64,000 bases of DNA from an uncultured Gemmatimonadales bacterium (GTDB lineage: Bacteria > Gemmatimonadota > Gemmatimonadetes > Longimicrobiales > Longimicrobiaceae): assembly GCA_963716255.1 (NCBI GenBank), contig OY970303.1, forward strand, positions 4,448,001 to 4,512,000, read 5' to 3'. Shown here piece by piece: positions 39,318 through 49,319 of this stretch (position 1 is the stretch's first letter; each line of letters starts with the position of its first letter). The position numbers were made by a program, and so were the translations under genes. The notes below the pieces were generated by a model that saw nothing but the letters and a program-made list of their open reading frames with translations, had not been told where the DNA came from and ran no database searches.

Positions 39318-41192
39318 ATGAAGGCGAACCGAACCACCCCTCCGCTCGCGCTGCTCGCGGCGGCCGCGCTCGCCGCGTGCGCCCCCGCCCCGCAGGCGGC
39401 CGCCCCCGCGCCCTCGGGCGCCGCGCCCGCCGCCGCGGCGGCCCCGTCGCCGCGGGAAGAGGCGCAGCGCTACCTGGACGAGTACGTCGCCACCTACCAG
39501 CCGCTGTACTACACCGCCAACCAGGCCGACTGGGCGTCCAACACGCACATCGTGGAGGGCGACACCACCAACGCGGCCCGGACCCGCCGCGCGCAGGAGG
39601 CCGCGTCCGCGTTCACCGGGAGCGTCGCCAACATCGAGCGCACCCGCGCGCTCCTCCGGCAGCGCGACCAGCTGGACCCGCTGCAGGTGCTGCAGCTGGA
39701 GCGCATCCTGTACAACGCCGCCTCCGCCCCGCAGACGGTCCCCGAGCTGGTGAAGGCCCGCATCGCCGCCGAGACCCGGCAGATCGAGACGCTGTACGGC
39801 TACCAGTTCACCCTGAACGGCAGGCCCGTCACCCCCAACCAGCTGGACGAGACGATCCGCTCCGGCACCGACCTGCGCCAGCGGCGCGCCGCCTGGGAAG
39901 CGTCCAAGGCCGTGGGTCCCGCGCTCAAGCCCGGCATCACGCAGCTGCGCGACCTCCGCAACGGCGTGGTGCAGGCGCTCGGCTACCCGGACTACTTCAC
40001 CTTCCAGGTCTCCGACTACGGCATGACCACGCCGGAGATGCTGGCGCTGAACGACCGGATGGTGGGCCAGCTGTGGCCGCTGTACCGCGAGCTGCACACC
40101 TGGGCGCGCTACGAGCTTGCCCGGCGCTACGGCGCCCCGGTGCCCGACATGATCCCCGCCCACTGGCTCCCCAACCGCTGGGCGCAGGACTGGAGCGCGC
40201 TGGTGGAGGTGAAGGGGCTCAACGTGGACTCCGCGCTGGCGCGGAAGGGGCCCGAGTGGGTGGTCAGGGAGGCCGAGAACTTCTACGTGAGCCTGGGCTT
40301 CCAGCGGCTCCCGCAGAGCTTCTGGGACCGGTCGTCGCTGTACCCCGTGGCCGCGGACGCAGCCTACAAGAAGAACACGCACGCCTCCGCCTGGCACCTG
40401 GACCTGGACGCCGACGTGCGCTCGCTGATGAGCGTGGAGCCCAACGCCTACTGGTACGAGACCGCCCACCACGAGCTGGGACACGTCTTCTACTACCAGG
40501 CCTACTCGCGTCCCGAGGTGCCGCTGCTGCTGCGCGAGGGCGCCAACCGCGCCTACCACGAGGGGATCGGGAGCATGATCGGGTTCGCGGCCTCGCAGCG
40601 CCGCTTCCTGATGGGGCGCGGGCTGGTGCCGGCCGGCGCCCGGATGGACGAGCGGGCCAAGCTGCTCAACGAGGCGCTGGCGTACGTGCCGTTCATCCCC
40701 TTCTCCGCCGGCGTCATGACCCGCTGGGAGCACTCGCTGTACGCCGACTCGCTGTCGCCGGACCGCTTCAACCGCCGCTGGTGGGAGCTGGTGGCGCGCT
40801 ACCAGGGCGTGGCCCCGCCGGCCGAGCGGGGGGAGCAGTGGGCGGACGCGCTCACCAAGACGCACATCAACGACGACGCGGCGCAGTACTACGACTACGC
40901 GCTGTCGTACGCGCTGCTCTTCCAGCTGCACAGCCACATCGCAAAGAACATCCTGCACCAGGACCCGCACGACACCGACTACTACGGGAACCGGGAGGTG
41001 GGCACCTTCCTCCGCGACCTGATGGCGCCGGGAGCGAGCCGGGACTGGCGCGAGGTGCTGAAGGAGACCACCGGGCAGGAGCTGGACGCGCAGGCCATGG
41101 TGGAGTACTTCGCGCCGCTGCAGCAGTGGCTGGTGGAGCAGAACCGGGGACGCCGGTACACGCTGCCGGCGATTCCGCCGACGGGTGGCTGA
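39318..41192 (+). CDS. M2 family metallopeptidase (ACE-like peptidyl-dipeptidase) lipoprotein
   Basis: Lipobox LAAC; HASAW, HHELGH, REGAN.AYHEG. Confidence 0.92.
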   Translation: MKANRTTPPLALLAAAALAACAPAPQAAAPAPSGAAPAAAAAPSPREEAQRYLDEYVATYQPLYYTANQADWASNTHIVEGDTTNAARTRRAQEAASAFTGSVANIERTRALLRQRDQLDPLQVLQLERILYNAASAPQTVPELVKARIAAETRQIETLYGYQFTLNGRPVTPNQLDETIRSGTDLRQRRAAWEASKAVGPALKPGITQLRDLRNGVVQALGYPDYFTFQVSDYGMTTPEMLALNDRMVGQLWPLYRELHTWARYELARRYGAPVPDMIPAHWLPNRWAQDWSALVEVKGLNVDSALARKGPEWVVREAENFYVSLGFQRLPQSFWDRSSLYPVAADAAYKKNTHASAWHLDLDADVRSLMSVEPNAYWYETAHHELGHVFYYQAYSRPEVPLLLREGANRAYHEGIGSMIGFAASQRRFLMGRGLVPAGARMDERAKLLNEALAYVPFIPFSAGVMTRWEHSLYADSLSPDRFNRRWWELVARYQGVAPPAERGEQWADALTKTHINDDAAQYYDYALSYALLFQLHSHIAKNILHQDPHDTDYYGNREVGTFLRDLMAPGASRDWREVLKETTGQELDAQAMVEYFAPLQQWLVEQNRGRRYTLPAIPPTGG

Positions 41193-41210
41193 GGTCGTCG
41201 TCTAGGTTTG

Positions 41211-41355
41211 GGGCCGCTCCGGAGCCGGACGATACTGCCGTCCGTCTCCTGCGCGGGTCGCGGAGACCCGGGAAACCGCCCCCGGGTCTCCGCTCCGGCT
41301 CCGGGAGCCCCGCCAAACTGCCGGCGGGTCTCCCTCCGCAGAAAGGTTGGGGGAA
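41211..41355 (+). repeat. family B copy
   Basis: Triple hairpin. Confidence 0.85.
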
Positions 41356-41542
41356 CACAACGCGGCCGGGATTCCTTCGCGGGAGTCCCGGCCGCCTGCT
41401 TCACCCGCGGCTTGTACGGCGCATGAACCTTGTCCACGGACCTTTGCACGCCTAGACTCGTTTTGCGCACGCAGCATTCCTCCGCGCGGCACGCCTTCCT
41501 CCCGCTCCTTCCCGTCCACACGCTTCCCGCAAGGGGGTGCCC

Positions 41543-42007
41543 ATGGCACGCTTCGCCAACGACTTCAGGACCTTCATCTCGCAGGGCAACGTGGTCGACC
41601 TGGCGGTCGGCATCGTCATCGGGGCGGCGTTCACCACGGTGGTGAAGTCGTTCGTGGACAACATCCTCATGCCTCCCATCGGAATGCTGTCGGGCGGGGT
41701 GGACTTCGCCGACCTGTACGTGAACCTGTCCGGCGGGAGCTACGCGTCGCTGGAGGAGGCGAAGGCGGCCGGCGCGGCGACCGTCAACTACGGCCTGTTC
41801 ATCAACAACGTCATCGCATTCCTGATCGTCGCGCTCGCCGTGTTCCTCATCGTGCAGGCGTACAACCGCATGAAGGTGAACACCGACGCCGGCCCGGCGG
41901 AGCCCACCGACAAGGAATGCCCCTTCTGCCGCTTCAAGATCCCCGTGGCCGCGAGCCGCTGCGCCCACTGCACCTCCGAGCTGTCCCCCGCCGCCGCACA
42001 GATCTGA
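41543..42007 (+). CDS. mscL: large-conductance mechanosensitive channel
   Basis: GNVVDLAVGIVIGAAF, NYGLFIN, C-terminal CPFC..CAHC. Confidence 0.95.
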   Translation: MARFANDFRTFISQGNVVDLAVGIVIGAAFTTVVKSFVDNILMPPIGMLSGGVDFADLYVNLSGGSYASLEEAKAAGAATVNYGLFINNVIAFLIVALAVFLIVQAYNRMKVNTDAGPAEPTDKECPFCRFKIPVAASRCAHCTSELSPAAAQI

Positions 42008-42028
42008 CCCGTCCGCCGGCCACGCAAG

Positions 42029-42063
42029 AGGCGCCCCCGCCGGGATGCGGCGGGGGCGCCTTT
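42029..42063 (+). terminator. terminator after mscL
   Basis: AGGCGCCCCCGCCG..CGGCGGGGGCGCCTTT. Confidence 0.7.
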
Positions 42064-42369
42064 GCGTACTCCTACGCATTCGTGGCGAACCCCGGCGCCG
42101 TCAGGCCCTCGCCCGGCTCGCTCGAGGCTCGCCACCGTGAACGGCCAGGGCTCTGCGCGTGGGGGTCGGGCGCGGGGGCGGTCTCCGGAAAGAGTCAATG
42201 CAACCCCTCCCGGCCACGCCCCCGACTCTTTCCTCCGACCCCCCCCGCGCCCTCCCGTCGACTTTCCTGCCGCCCGCGGGACACCGTCCCCCCCCTTTCC
42301 CCCGCTTGCGGGGGAGGGGTGGCGCGCAGCGCCCGGGAGGGGGCCCCAGCCGACGCCAGCGCGATGCCC

Positions 42370-42498
42370 GCGTGAGGGATGCGAGCGCGAAGCGGCGAGA
42401 CCCGGCGGCAGTTTGCCGGGGCTCGCCTCCGTTAGCCCGCGTTGTTTGCGGGCTTACGGAGCCGCAGCCCGACCCCGGCGCCAGCCGGGGGCACGCCC
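42370..42498 (+). repeat. family A copy (divergent, compensatory changes)
   Basis: GGGATGCGAGC/GCCGCAGCCC outer stem. Confidence 0.85.
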
Positions 42499-42529
42499 GA
42501 ACCCTTCCGTTCACGCCGATCCCACCGCA

Positions 42530-42723
42530 TCACGGATCACGGCGAAGCGCGGAGACGGTCCGAACCGGCTGGGCCTCGTTCCGGCGCAGCAGGCCCGCCA
42601 CGACGGAGAAGATGAACACCGCGTACAGGAAGCTGCTGGCGATCTCGAACATCACGACCGCTTTGCGAGAGGCGACCGCGGCACGATGTCACCGTACCCG
42701 ACGGTGGCGGCGGTGACGACGCT
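42530..42723 (-). pseudogene. potassium-channel (Ion_trans_2) gene remnant
   Basis: SVVTAATVGYGDIVPRSPLAK, then a 1-nt frameshift to VVMFEIASSFLYAVFIFSVVAG; no 5' part. Confidence 0.7.
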
Positions 42724-42746
42724 TCGTCGGCTCCGGCCACCCGGGC

Positions 42747-43097
42747 TCAGTCCATCCAGGTGCGGATGGCGACGAGCACCAGGAACCCCGCGAAGAGCTT
42801 GCGCAGGTAGGTGGGCGGCAGGCCCAGCGCCAGCCTCGCCCCCACCCCCGCCCCCAGGAAGAGGCCCGCCGCGATCACGAGCGCCGCGGCGACCTTCAGC
42901 TGGCCCGCGCGGTGGTACTCCAGGGCCCCCAGGAGCCCCACCGGGAGCAGGAGGGCTGCGAGCGAGGTCCCCGTCGCCTCGGTGGGCGACATGCGCGCCA
43001 GGTAGATCAGCGCGGGGATGATCACCACGCCGCCCCCGATGCCGAACAGCCCCGAAAGGACACCCGCGACGAGGCCGATGGCGAGGAAGATCAGCAT
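42747..43097 (-). CDS. TSUP/TauE-family half-size membrane protein
   Basis: GLVAGVLSGLFGIGGGVVIIPAL, ATGTSL. Confidence 0.85.
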   Translation of the reverse strand: MLIFLAIGLVAGVLSGLFGIGGGVVIIPALIYLARMSPTEATGTSLAALLLPVGLLGALEYHRAGQLKVAAALVIAAGLFLGAGVGARLALGLPPTYLRKLFAGFLVLVAIRTWMD

Positions 43098-43245
43098 GCG
43101 GCGTCTCCGGGTCCGTGTGCGGAAGGGATCGCGGGGCTTTCGCCGCCGCGCGGTCGACGCCGCTACTGCATCAACCCTGCCCCCTGCGCGGCCGCACCGT
43201 GGCGACCGGGCCCTCCACGCTGGAGTACCCCTGCCTCACGGACTA

Positions 43246-44438
43246 GTGGGGCACCACGAGTGAGTTGATGGGGTATCCTTCGGCTTTGGGTACGCAGTTG
43301 TACAGGAGCCGAAGGATGACGAAGCGGTACAAGGTGAAGCTGACGGAGCAGGAGCGCAGCGATCTGCTTGTGCTCACGCGCAAGGGGAAGGCAAGCGCGC
43401 GGCGGATCAAACGCGCTCTGGTGGTGCTGCGCTCCGACGAGGGTGCCACGGACGAGCAGATCGTCGCGGGCGTGGGCGTCGGGGTCGCTACGGTGGAGCG
43501 CATCCGCAAGCGCTTCGTGGAAGAAGGGCTGGAGGCGGCTCTCTCAGAGAAACCCCGCCCGCCGATGCCGCCGAAGCTGACAGGCAAAGCGGAGGCCCTG
43601 CTCCTGGCGCTGGCCTGCAGCGACGTGCCTGGTGGGCGCGCCCGCTGGAGCATGCAGATGCTCGCGGACCGGCTGGTGGAACTGGGGGCGGTGGACTCGA
43701 TCTCGGATGAGACGGTGCGCCGCACGCTCAAAAAAGCAAGACGAAGCCGTGGCAGCGCCAGCAGTGGCTGATCCCGGAGATCACGGCCGAATTCGTCTGG
43801 CGGATGGAGGACGTGCTCGACCTGTATGCAGAGCCGAACGACCCGAAGCGGCCGCGTGTGGCCTTTGACGAGATGCCTCTGCAACTTCTGTCCGAGGTGC
43901 GCATGCCGCTGCCGGCGCGACCGGGGCAGGCCGAGCGGTTCGACTACGAGTACCGGCGCGAAGGCACGTGCAACCTCTTCCTCTTCTTCAGCCCCGACAC
44001 CGCCTGGCGAGAGGTCAAGGTCACGCAGCGGCGCACCGCGATCGACTTCGCCCACTGCATGCGGGATCTGGTGGACGTGCATTTTCCGGAGGCGGAGAAG
44101 GTCCGCGTGGTGCTGGACAACCTGAACACGCACACGCCGGCCTCGCTCTACCAGGCGTTCGCGCCCGAGGAAGCAAGCCGGATCGCAAAGCGCCTGGAGT
44201 TGCACCACACGCCCAAGCATGCAAGCTGGTTGAACATGGCCGAGGTGGAGTTCTCCGTGCTCGGCACTCAATGCTTGGACCGGCGCCTGCCCAGCATGGA
44301 AGTCGTGCAGCGTGAAACCGCCGTCTGGTGCCGCGACCGCAACGGCAGCAAGGCCACGATTCAGTGGCGTTTCACAACCGCCAAGGCTCGGGAGAAGTTC
44401 TCCTCCCGATACCCATCACCTCAGCCGGGGTGATCCAC
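43246..44438 (+). mobile_element. IS630-family insertion sequence (1193 bp), copy 1
   Basis: TA duplication in CTAG; imperfect TIRs GTGGGGCACCACGAGTGAGTTGATGGG / GTGGATCACCCCGGCTGAGGTGATGGG. Confidence 0.93.
43317..44433 (+). CDS. IS630 transposase (orfA HTH + orfB DDE joined by -1 frameshift at CAAAAAAG ~43729-43736)
   Basis: orfA ..TVRRTLKK; -1 frame KTKPW..MEDVLDLY, DE, DNLNTH, SWLNMAE. Confidence 0.9.
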
Positions 44439-44473
44439 TAGCACTCCACGGGCCGGGCCGCCGTGCGTCGCCG

Positions 44474-45064
44474 TCAGGGCTCCAGGAGCACGTCGAAGCG
44501 CACCGTCACCGGGTCGTGCACCTTCATCGTCCCCATCATCAGCGTGGGGGGGCGCACGCCGAAGTCCGTCATCCTGAGCCGGCTGCTCCCCGTCACGCGG
44601 AGCTTGCCGGCCTCGTTGACGGCCGTGGCGTCGATGCTCACCGGCCTGTCGGTCCCGGCGATGCTCAGCGTGCCGCTCAGCTTCACCGCGCCGGCGGGCG
44701 TCACGTCGTAGGAGGTGATCCGGTAGCTGACCCTGGGGCTGGTCTCCGCCCTGAGCGCCCTGCGCAGGTGCCCGTTCATGGCCGCGTTGCCGCACTCCAG
44801 CCCCGCCACCGACACCGAGACGTCGGCGCCCTTTACCGTGTTCTCCAGGTCGGCGATCGCCAGCGATGTGCTCCCCGGCCGGGTCGCCACCACACCGTCC
44901 ACCCGGGCGGCGCGGCAGGTGTAGCCGCGAACGCTGGAGGTGCCTTCCACCCACAGCTTGCTTTCCGGCTGGAGCGCCACGCCGGCGCGGTTCGCGGTCC
45001 ATGCGATTCCCGCCGGGACGACGATCGCCATCAGTGCCAGCCGGCCGAACAGTCGAGCACGCAT
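44474..45064 (-). CDS. YceI-family protein
   Basis: Signal peptide; EGTSSV, GTLSIAG, MTDFGVRPP. Confidence 0.85.
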   Translation of the reverse strand: MRARLFGRLALMAIVVPAGIAWTANRAGVALQPESKLWVEGTSSVRGYTCRAARVDGVVATRPGSTSLAIADLENTVKGADVSVSVAGLECGNAAMNGHLRRALRAETSPRVSYRITSYDVTPAGAVKLSGTLSIAGTDRPVSIDATAVNEAGKLRVTGSSRLRMTDFGVRPPTLMMGTMKVHDPVTVRFDVLLEP

Positions 45065-45261
45065 TGCCGCCTCCTTCACCTGGTTTTGGGGCTTTCCCTT
45101 TCGTGTCCCGGAGTACAAGCTACCGGTGTGGGAGAGGCGGTTCTGTCGGGGCGCGGCGGTGTGTGGCGTGAGGGTCGGTGACACGCGTCGTGTGGTGGGA
45201 TTCCTTACCCCGTGAAGTCTCTGGGAACTGCTCGGGTGGGCTTCGGGAGGGACGTGCGTTG

Positions 45262-45412
45262 GGGCCGCTCCGGAACCAGGCCAAACTGCCGGCCTGTTTC
45301 CTACGCGGGTCGCGGAGCCAGCGGAAACGGCCCCGCTGTCTCCGCTCCGGCTGCGGGAGCCAGCCGACACTGCCCGGCTGTCTCCCTCCGCAGAAGATTT
45401 GAGGGGTACGGC
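45262..45412 (+). repeat. family B copy
   Basis: Triple hairpin. Confidence 0.85.
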
Positions 45413-45489
45413 GGGAACTGCGAACGACAGGAAGCCCTCCCCCGGGATCCGGGAGAGGGCTCTTGGGTCGGTGGGAGGGCGCCGCCGTC

Positions 45490-45622
45490 GCGTGAGGGAT
45501 TACGGCCCGAAGGGGCGAGACCCGGCGGGGCTGTTTCCGCCGGGGCTCGACTCCGTTGCAGACGGTAGTTTCGTCTGCTACGGAGCCGAAGCCCGACCCC
45601 GGCGCCAGCCGGGGGCACGCCC
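45490..45622 (+). repeat. family A copy
   Basis: Same frame, covarying stems. Confidence 0.9.
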
Positions 45623-45654
45623 GAACCCGCCGTAAAGCAGTACGTCCGCAGCCA

Positions 45655-46848
45655 TCAGCGCGCCATACGGTACGAGTCCACGCCGTGGCGCTCGCGGTAG
45701 GCAAGCTCGGCGTCGTGGATCGCGTCCCAGCCGCGCTCGCCCGTGTAGTCCACCACGTCGCGGGGAATGCGGCGCGTGGGCCAGGGGGCCACCTGGTTGC
45801 CCAGCTCGCCCGGGTACAGCGTCATGGTCGCGTCCACGATGGCCGCGGCCACGTCCATGCGGTCGGCGCGGTCCAGGCGGCCCAGGGCGTCCAGCGTCTG
45901 GCGCGGGCCGCGGGCGAAGGCGTCCACCAGGAAGGTGGAGTACTCCTGGCCCAGGCGCGTCCCCTTCACCGCCTCCAGCTGCAGGAGCAGCCCGCGGAGC
46001 GCGTCGCCGTCGTCGTCCTTCACCCCGCGCGTCATCAGCGCCGCCGCCACCGCCGGCCAGCGCGTCTCCGCGGAGTAGGCGGGGCCGCGCATCTCGCCGT
46101 CCAGCTCGTACAGCAGGTCCTCCGTCGACAGGCCCTTCAGGTACTCCACGAACTCGTCCTTCTGCGGCGCCGCGGGGCGCCGGTCCCACACCACCCTGCG
46201 CGCCGGCGCGGACTCCGCCTCCGCCGCCTCCTCGCGGGGGTGCCCGCCGCCCACGATCACCACCTCCGTGCCCACCTGCACGTTGTGGAACAGGCGCACC
46301 GCGTCGCGGTTGTGGAGGCGGATGCACCCGTGCGACACCCGCTGCCCCAGCAGGTCCGGCTTGTCCGTGCCGTGGATCGCCAGCCCCTCGCCGATGTAGA
46401 CGGCGGCGGCGCCCAGCCCGCCCGGGAAGCGGCGCTTGGCGTCGTTGGGGGGCGGCACGGGGAGCTTGTTCTCCACGAAGTACCAGTCCGGCGCCATCCA
46501 GACGGGGTTCTCCTCCTTGTACTGCACGTGGAACACGCCGTCGGGGGTGGAAAAGTCCCACTCCCCGTCCGGGCCCTCCAGCCGCAGCCCGGTTCCCGTC
46601 CCCACCGGGGCGGACCACAGGACGCGCCGGTCGCGGGTGAAGTGCAGCAGGTTCGCGTCCAGGTCGATCACCACCACGTACTTCCCCGCCGACAGCCCGG
46701 GCGAGCTGCCGGCGACGCGCGGGGAGGACGAGGCGCGGACGGGGAACGGCGCCTGCGCCGCGGCGTCCGCGGGGGCGGCGGCCAGCGCCGCGGTCGCGAG
46801 GCAGAGGGCGGCCAGGGAGCGCGCCGCCAGGGATCGGATCGATTTCAT
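45655..46848 (-). CDS. L,D-transpeptidase (YkuD) with helical C-terminal domain
   Basis: IHGT...SHGCIRL, signal peptide. Confidence 0.9.
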   Translation of the reverse strand: MKSIRSLAARSLAALCLATAALAAAPADAAAQAPFPVRASSSPRVAGSSPGLSAGKYVVVIDLDANLLHFTRDRRVLWSAPVGTGTGLRLEGPDGEWDFSTPDGVFHVQYKEENPVWMAPDWYFVENKLPVPPPNDAKRRFPGGLGAAAVYIGEGLAIHGTDKPDLLGQRVSHGCIRLHNRDAVRLFHNVQVGTEVVIVGGGHPREEAAEAESAPARRVVWDRRPAAPQKDEFVEYLKGLSTEDLLYELDGEMRGPAYSAETRWPAVAAALMTRGVKDDDGDALRGLLLQLEAVKGTRLGQEYSTFLVDAFARGPRQTLDALGRLDRADRMDVAAAIVDATMTLYPGELGNQVAPWPTRRIPRDVVDYTGERGWDAIHDAELAYRERHGVDSYRMAR

Positions 46849-47062
46849 GGTTCGGGACTGCCGAGTAGTGGGTCCGGGGGCAACCCCCGTGTGCCGCGTG
46901 TACCCTCCGCCCAACGCAAAAGGCCTGCCGCGGCGGCGGGTCCGCCCGCATGTGCGTAACCCGCTGCGGCACAACGCGGAAAGTGGGTGCGAGGAGGGCC
47001 GGGCGAGCGGCGGGCGGCGGGGCCGCGGCCTCCGGGGAGGACACGCGCCCCGCGTGGGGGCG

Positions 47063-47449
47063 TCAACCCCGGTCCGGCCTCCGGGGCGCGTCCAGGGCGT
47101 GCTGGAGCACCAGGGGCATGGAGCGCTCCCCGGACCGCCCGAAGTGCACCTCGTAGAAGTAGCCGTCGCCCTCCAGCGCCTGCACCTCGTCCGCGCCGAT
47201 CCCCAGCTCGCCCTCGCCGCCCACCACCCGGACGGCTCGCCCGGCATCGCGCTCCCGCGCCACGAACAGCATCGCCATGTGCAGGGCGCCGGGGGAGCCC
47301 TGGCGCAGGATGGTGGGAGACGATTCCTCGATGAACGCGCTGAGGGCGTCCATCACCCCCGCGGCCCCGGTGGGCTCCCCGCCTCTGGTGCGGGCCAGCG
47401 TCGCCACCCTTTCTCCCCCCTCCACGAACTGGATCACCGCGTATGCCAT
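47063..47449 (-). CDS. hypothetical protein
   Basis: GAGG RBS, GC3 bias; divergent from TPR gene. Confidence 0.6.
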   Translation of the reverse strand: MAYAVIQFVEGGERVATLARTRGGEPTGAAGVMDALSAFIEESSPTILRQGSPGALHMAMLFVARERDAGRAVRVVGGEGELGIGADEVQALEGDGYFYEVHFGRSGERSMPLVLQHALDAPRRPDRG

Positions 47450-47691
47450 CGTGCCTCGACCATTGGACGACGTGAGCGCTCCCCGGGTTGCACCGGGTGC
47501 GCGACGATGCACACAGCGTGCACGGCCCCGCCGCGCATCGCGCCGATGGAACGATCCGGATAATCGTGTCGTATTACATGCGTACGATTCAAGCTATGGC
47601 CTGGGACGCCCCCGACGCGTACCATAGAGCGCTGCGCCCTGGCGCATCATCCCGTGATCCGCCGAGCCACGCCGCCCAGGAGCCCCGCCCG

Positions 47692-49005
47692 ATGACCGAC
47701 CCCCACGACGCAGCGTCGCGCCGCCGCTCCCGCCCTCCGCGCGTCCCGGTTCCCTCGCTTCACCCGGGGGAGCGGGTGCGCGGCTCGGCGATCCTGGAGG
47801 AGAACCCCGAGTGCGGGGTGGTGCTGTGGGAGTCGTACCGCAACGTGGGCGACTGGGCGTCCACGCCCCGCGCCCGCCGTGCGCCCGGCATGTTCGGGGC
47901 GGGCGCGGCCGGGCGCCGCGCCGAGCAGCTTTCCGGGGCGAACTTCCCGGACGAAAAGGCGTGCGCCGCGCTGGAGACCATCCGCGCCATGGTGGCCGAC
48001 CCGGGCCGGGCCCGGGCTCGCGCGCTGGCCCTCGCCTGCCGGCGGCTTTCCGCGTGGGCGGGCGAGCAGGGCAGGCCCGCGACCCAGTTCTACTTTGCCG
48101 CCGCCGCCGGGCTGTGCGTCCCCGAGGACGCGCGGTATGCGTTCCAGGCCGGGCGCCTGGCGCGCGACCTGGCGAGGTGGGACACCGCGGAGCTGTGGCT
48201 GGAGTTCGCGGCGACCGTCGCCAAGCGCGGGCGCGACCGGGAGACCCAGGCCGCCGCGGTGATCGGGCTGGGCAACATGTTCTACCGGCAGGGGTTCTAC
48301 CGGAAGGCCCGGGACACGCACCTCGCCGGGCTGGCCCTCGCGCAGAGGCACAACCTGCGGGAATACCGCGGCCGGGCGCTCCACGACCTGTTCGTGGTGG
48401 CCATCGAGCTTCGCGACGCCCGCGCCGCCGAAGCGTACGCCCGCGCGGCCCTGGACGCGTACGGCCCCGCGCACCCGCACGTTCCCGCGCTCGCCCACGA
48501 CGTCGCCTACTTCTGGCTGGCGCAGGGGGATGCCGCGCGGGCCCTCCCGGTGCTCCGGGCCGTCCTGCCGCACCTGGACCGCCCGGACCGCCGCGTCCGC
48601 GTCCTCGCCAGCGCGGCGCGGGCCGCCGCCGCCATCGGCGACCGCGCCGGCTACGTCGAGCTCGTCCGCGAGGTGCGGGCATCGGGTGGGGACTCGCTGG
48701 TGATGGGGGCTCTCGCCGGGGCGCTCCTTGAAACCGCCGTCGGCGCGTCGCTGCTGCACAGCCAGACGCTCGCCGGCGAGCTTCTCGACGAGGCGCTGCA
48801 GGTGGCCCGCGAGCGCGGCGAGGTGGACGTGGTCGCCCGGGTGGAAGAGCTGCGCGGCAGCATCTCCACGGATGCGGTGAGCGAGGTGCGCGCCCCGGCC
48901 GCCGGGCTGGGCACCGACGAGCTCGCGCGCGAGCTGGTGAGCTGCCTCCAGGGCGGGACGGGCGGCGACGCCGACACCCCGGCGGCCCCGCCGGCAGGGG
49001 AGTAG
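47692..49005 (+). CDS. TPR protein, putative peptide receptor (paralog 1)
   Basis: AGGAG RBS; TPR-like helices (GLGNMFYRQG..A, ALHDLF, LAHDVAYFWLAQG); paralogous to 59409-60731. Confidence 0.85.
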   Translation: MTDPHDAASRRRSRPPRVPVPSLHPGERVRGSAILEENPECGVVLWESYRNVGDWASTPRARRAPGMFGAGAAGRRAEQLSGANFPDEKACAALETIRAMVADPGRARARALALACRRLSAWAGEQGRPATQFYFAAAAGLCVPEDARYAFQAGRLARDLARWDTAELWLEFAATVAKRGRDRETQAAAVIGLGNMFYRQGFYRKARDTHLAGLALAQRHNLREYRGRALHDLFVVAIELRDARAAEAYARAALDAYGPAHPHVPALAHDVAYFWLAQGDAARALPVLRAVLPHLDRPDRRVRVLASAARAAAAIGDRAGYVELVREVRASGGDSLVMGALAGALLETAVGASLLHSQTLAGELLDEALQVARERGEVDVVARVEELRGSISTDAVSEVRAPAAGLGTDELARELVSCLQGGTGGDADTPAAPPAGE

Positions 49006-49021
49006 TCTCTTCGCTCCTGCG

Positions 49022-49204
49022 TCAGGTGCCGGACCCGATCAGGTTCCCGCCCTTCCGCGGCACCGCCGTTTCGGGCGACGCCACCTGTGGCCTGCCCTCC
49101 TCCGGCTCACGAAACCCGTCTCCGCCCGGTCCGGTCGGCGTGGTCCCGCAGGCGGCCGCGGCGAGGACGAGGACGAGGATCGCTGCAGTACGGACGATGC
49201 GCAT
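49022..49204 (-). CDS. small lipoprotein-signal peptide with C-terminal GGNLIGSGT core (60 aa)
   Basis: AGGAG RBS; MRIVRTAAILVLVLAAAAC...PRKGGNLIGSGT*. Confidence 0.8.
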   Translation of the reverse strand: MRIVRTAAILVLVLAAAACGTTPTGPGGDGFREPEEGRPQVASPETAVPRKGGNLIGSGT

Positions 49205-49319
49205 GGGGGCTCCTGATATCGTGGGGTTGGATCGTGCGACCGTGTAGTGCCGTAACCTGAATGCCCGTCGGGGCCTCGTCAACGCATGTACTGGAAATGG
49301 ACGGTGCCGGTGTTCCTCC

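Noticed and set aside
43729..43771. IS630 transposase as a broken pseudogene
   Set aside because: The split at an A6 run is identical in both copies and typical of programmed frameshifting in IS630.
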